Assembly: GCA_963817895.1 (NCBI GenBank) | Contig: CAWFQB010000010.1 | Location: forward strand, 1-64,000 | Source: an uncultured Chthonomonadaceae bacterium | Lineage (GTDB): Bacteria; Armatimonadota; Chthonomonadetes; Chthonomonadales; Chthonomonadaceae | Direction of reading: 5' to 3' | DNA length: 64,000 nt | Shown here: positions 62,662 through 64,000 of the stretch, piece after piece | How the letters are laid out: each line of letters begins with the position of its first letter | How positions within the stretch are numbered: position 1 is the first letter of the stretch | The notes under the pieces: model-generated | Database searches by the model: none | Told to the model about the DNA's origin: nothing | Seen by the model: only the letters and a program-made list of their open reading frames with translations | Program-made: the position numbers and the translations under genes

Positions 62662-62910
62662 TCAAATACGACCGACTGCGCAATGTCCCACGCGCACAGA
62701 CCATATCTGTGCATCATCATTACTGTCGAAAAGTTGTTGCGCGGCGGAGAGTATATCCTGCCCCATCGCGTAATTACCAGTCTCAATGTCAATAGCGACA
62801 ATTTTGCCTTTGCTATCCGCTTCAACATGCGGGCGAATATCGCGCTCGTAGAGTTCCGTACCCCGGCGGGCAAACTCTTCCTTACTGTAACGAGGTTGTC
62901 TGACTTCCAT
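62662..62910 (-). CDS. Small conserved hypothetical protein (DUF5678-like)
   Basis: RRGTELYE...GKIVAIDIETGNY...WSVRVG. Confidence 0.7.
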   Translation of the reverse strand: MEVRQPRYSKEEFARRGTELYERDIRPHVEADSKGKIVAIDIETGNYAMGQDILSAAQQLFDSNDDAQIWSVRVGHCAVGRI

Positions 62911-63010
62911 AGCCTACTTCCTGTATTCTTGCCAACTTATTTAGCGCGACTTCTGCTGTCAGTGCAGATTGCCCGGAAAGCGTCTAGACAATCTGCATTT
63001 TACGTGTCAG

Positions 63011-64000
63011 TTAGATAATGCCTAGCTTCTTGCCAGCTGTGGCGAAGGCGTTGAGGGCGTCGTCTAAGTCTTCGCGGGTGTGCATGGCGCTTGGCATGGT
63101 GCGGATACGGGCTTTGCCCCTGCCGACGGTGGGGAACACGATTGCCAGCGCGAGGACGCCCTCCTCAAACAAATCGCGCTGTAATTGCTGCGCTTTGCCC
63201 TCGTCGCCCACCATGACCGGCGTAATCGGCGTTTCCGATATGCCCGTATCGAAGCCCAATGCCCCCAACCCCTGTTTCCAGTAGCGCGCGTTTTCCCACA
63301 GCCGTTCAGTAAACGTGGGGTCGGTCTCCATCAGGTCAATGGCGGCGATGATCGCGCCTACAGCGGCGGGGGGTTGCGCGGTGCTGAACAGGAACGGACG
63401 GGCGCGTTGGACGAGCCAGTCTATGAGGTTCGCGCTGCCCGCGATGTAGCCGCCCATCACGCCTACCGCTTTCGAGAGGGTTCCCAACTGCACGTCTATT
63501 TTGTCGTGGACGCCGAAGTGAAAGGCGGTTCCCCGCCCGCCGCCCAGTACGCCTGAACCGTGCGCGTCGTCCACCATCGTTGCCGCATCATACCGTTCGG
63601 CCAGTTTCACGATGTCGGGCAGGGGCGCGATGTCGCCGTCCATTGAAAACACGCCGTCCGTGATAATCAAGCGCTTTTTGGCGTCCTGTGTGGCTTTAAG
63701 AGCGTCTTCCAAACTGTCCATGTCGTTGTGCTTGTAGATTTTGCGGGCGGCTTTGGACAGGCGAACGCCGTCAATGATGCTGGCATGGTTGAGTTCGTCC
63801 GTAATAATCGCGTCGTCGCCGTCCGTAATCGTCGGGATCACGCCCGCGTTGGCCGTAAAGCCGCTTTGAAACACCAGCGTCGCTTCGACATGCTTGAAGG
63901 CGGCCAATCGCTCTTCCAGTTCTTTGTGCAGGCGCATCGTGCCGATAATGGGGCGTACCGCGCCCGCGCCCGCGCCCCACTCCTCGACTGCCTTTATCGC
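63011..64000 (-). CDS. kbl: Glycine C-acetyltransferase/AONS-family PLP enzyme (5' end outside window)
   Basis: [38 protein letters not shown]. Confidence 0.88.
   Translation of the reverse strand, partial: AIKAVEEWGAGAGAVRPIIGTMRLHKELEERLAAFKHVEATLVFQSGFTANAGVIPTITDGDDAIITDELNHASIIDGVRLSKAARKIYKHNDMDSLEDALKATQDAKKRLIITDGVFSMDGDIAPLPDIVKLAERYDAATMVDDAHGSGVLGGGRGTAFHFGVHDKIDVQLGTLSKAVGVMGGYIAGSANLIDWLVQRARPFLFSTAQPPAAVGAIIAAIDLMETDPTFTERLWENARYWKQGLGALGFDTGISETPITPVMVGDEGKAQQLQRDLFEEGVLALAIVFPTVGRGKARIRTMPSAMHTREDLDDALNAFATAGKKLGII

Noticed and set aside
61190..63117. DGR template/variable repeat pair
   Set aside because: Mismatches are not adenine-specific and no reverse transcriptase is present

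Overview
GC-rich bacterial chromosomal segment with a diderm-type gene complement (LptA-like protein, PEP-CTERM, lipoproteins) plus sepF; the style suggests Armatimonadota (inference). Housekeeping genes include proC-sepF-yggS, gnd, zwf, a UvrD/PcrA helicase, UDG, hslV, a nucleoside-type ABC transporter, a kbl/bioF-type aminotransferase and tRNA-Gln(CTG). About ten genes carry 1-bp frameshifts that look like long-read consensus errors. Interspersed accessory modules: a CHASE2-cyclase/FecR-like/TPR-CHAT protease cluster, and three uncharacterised two-gene cassettes (nuclease-like + helical partner; AAA ATPase + TPR; Tse2-like ADP-ribosyltransferase + TPR). There are also intact and decayed toxin-antitoxin loci, an XRE-led cluster of small ORFs, and a decaying AT-richer island (56-63 kb) holding IS630, IS3, a broken Sll1717-type ATPase and a displaced copy of the kbl 3' end. 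A 103-bp IS982-like MITE splits one gene. More than ten loci carry 7/8-mer tandem repeats, mostly as paired inverted arms, and some lie in frame inside proteins. No CRISPR array, rRNA or reverse transcriptase was seen. All family calls come from motif recognition by eye; no searches were run.
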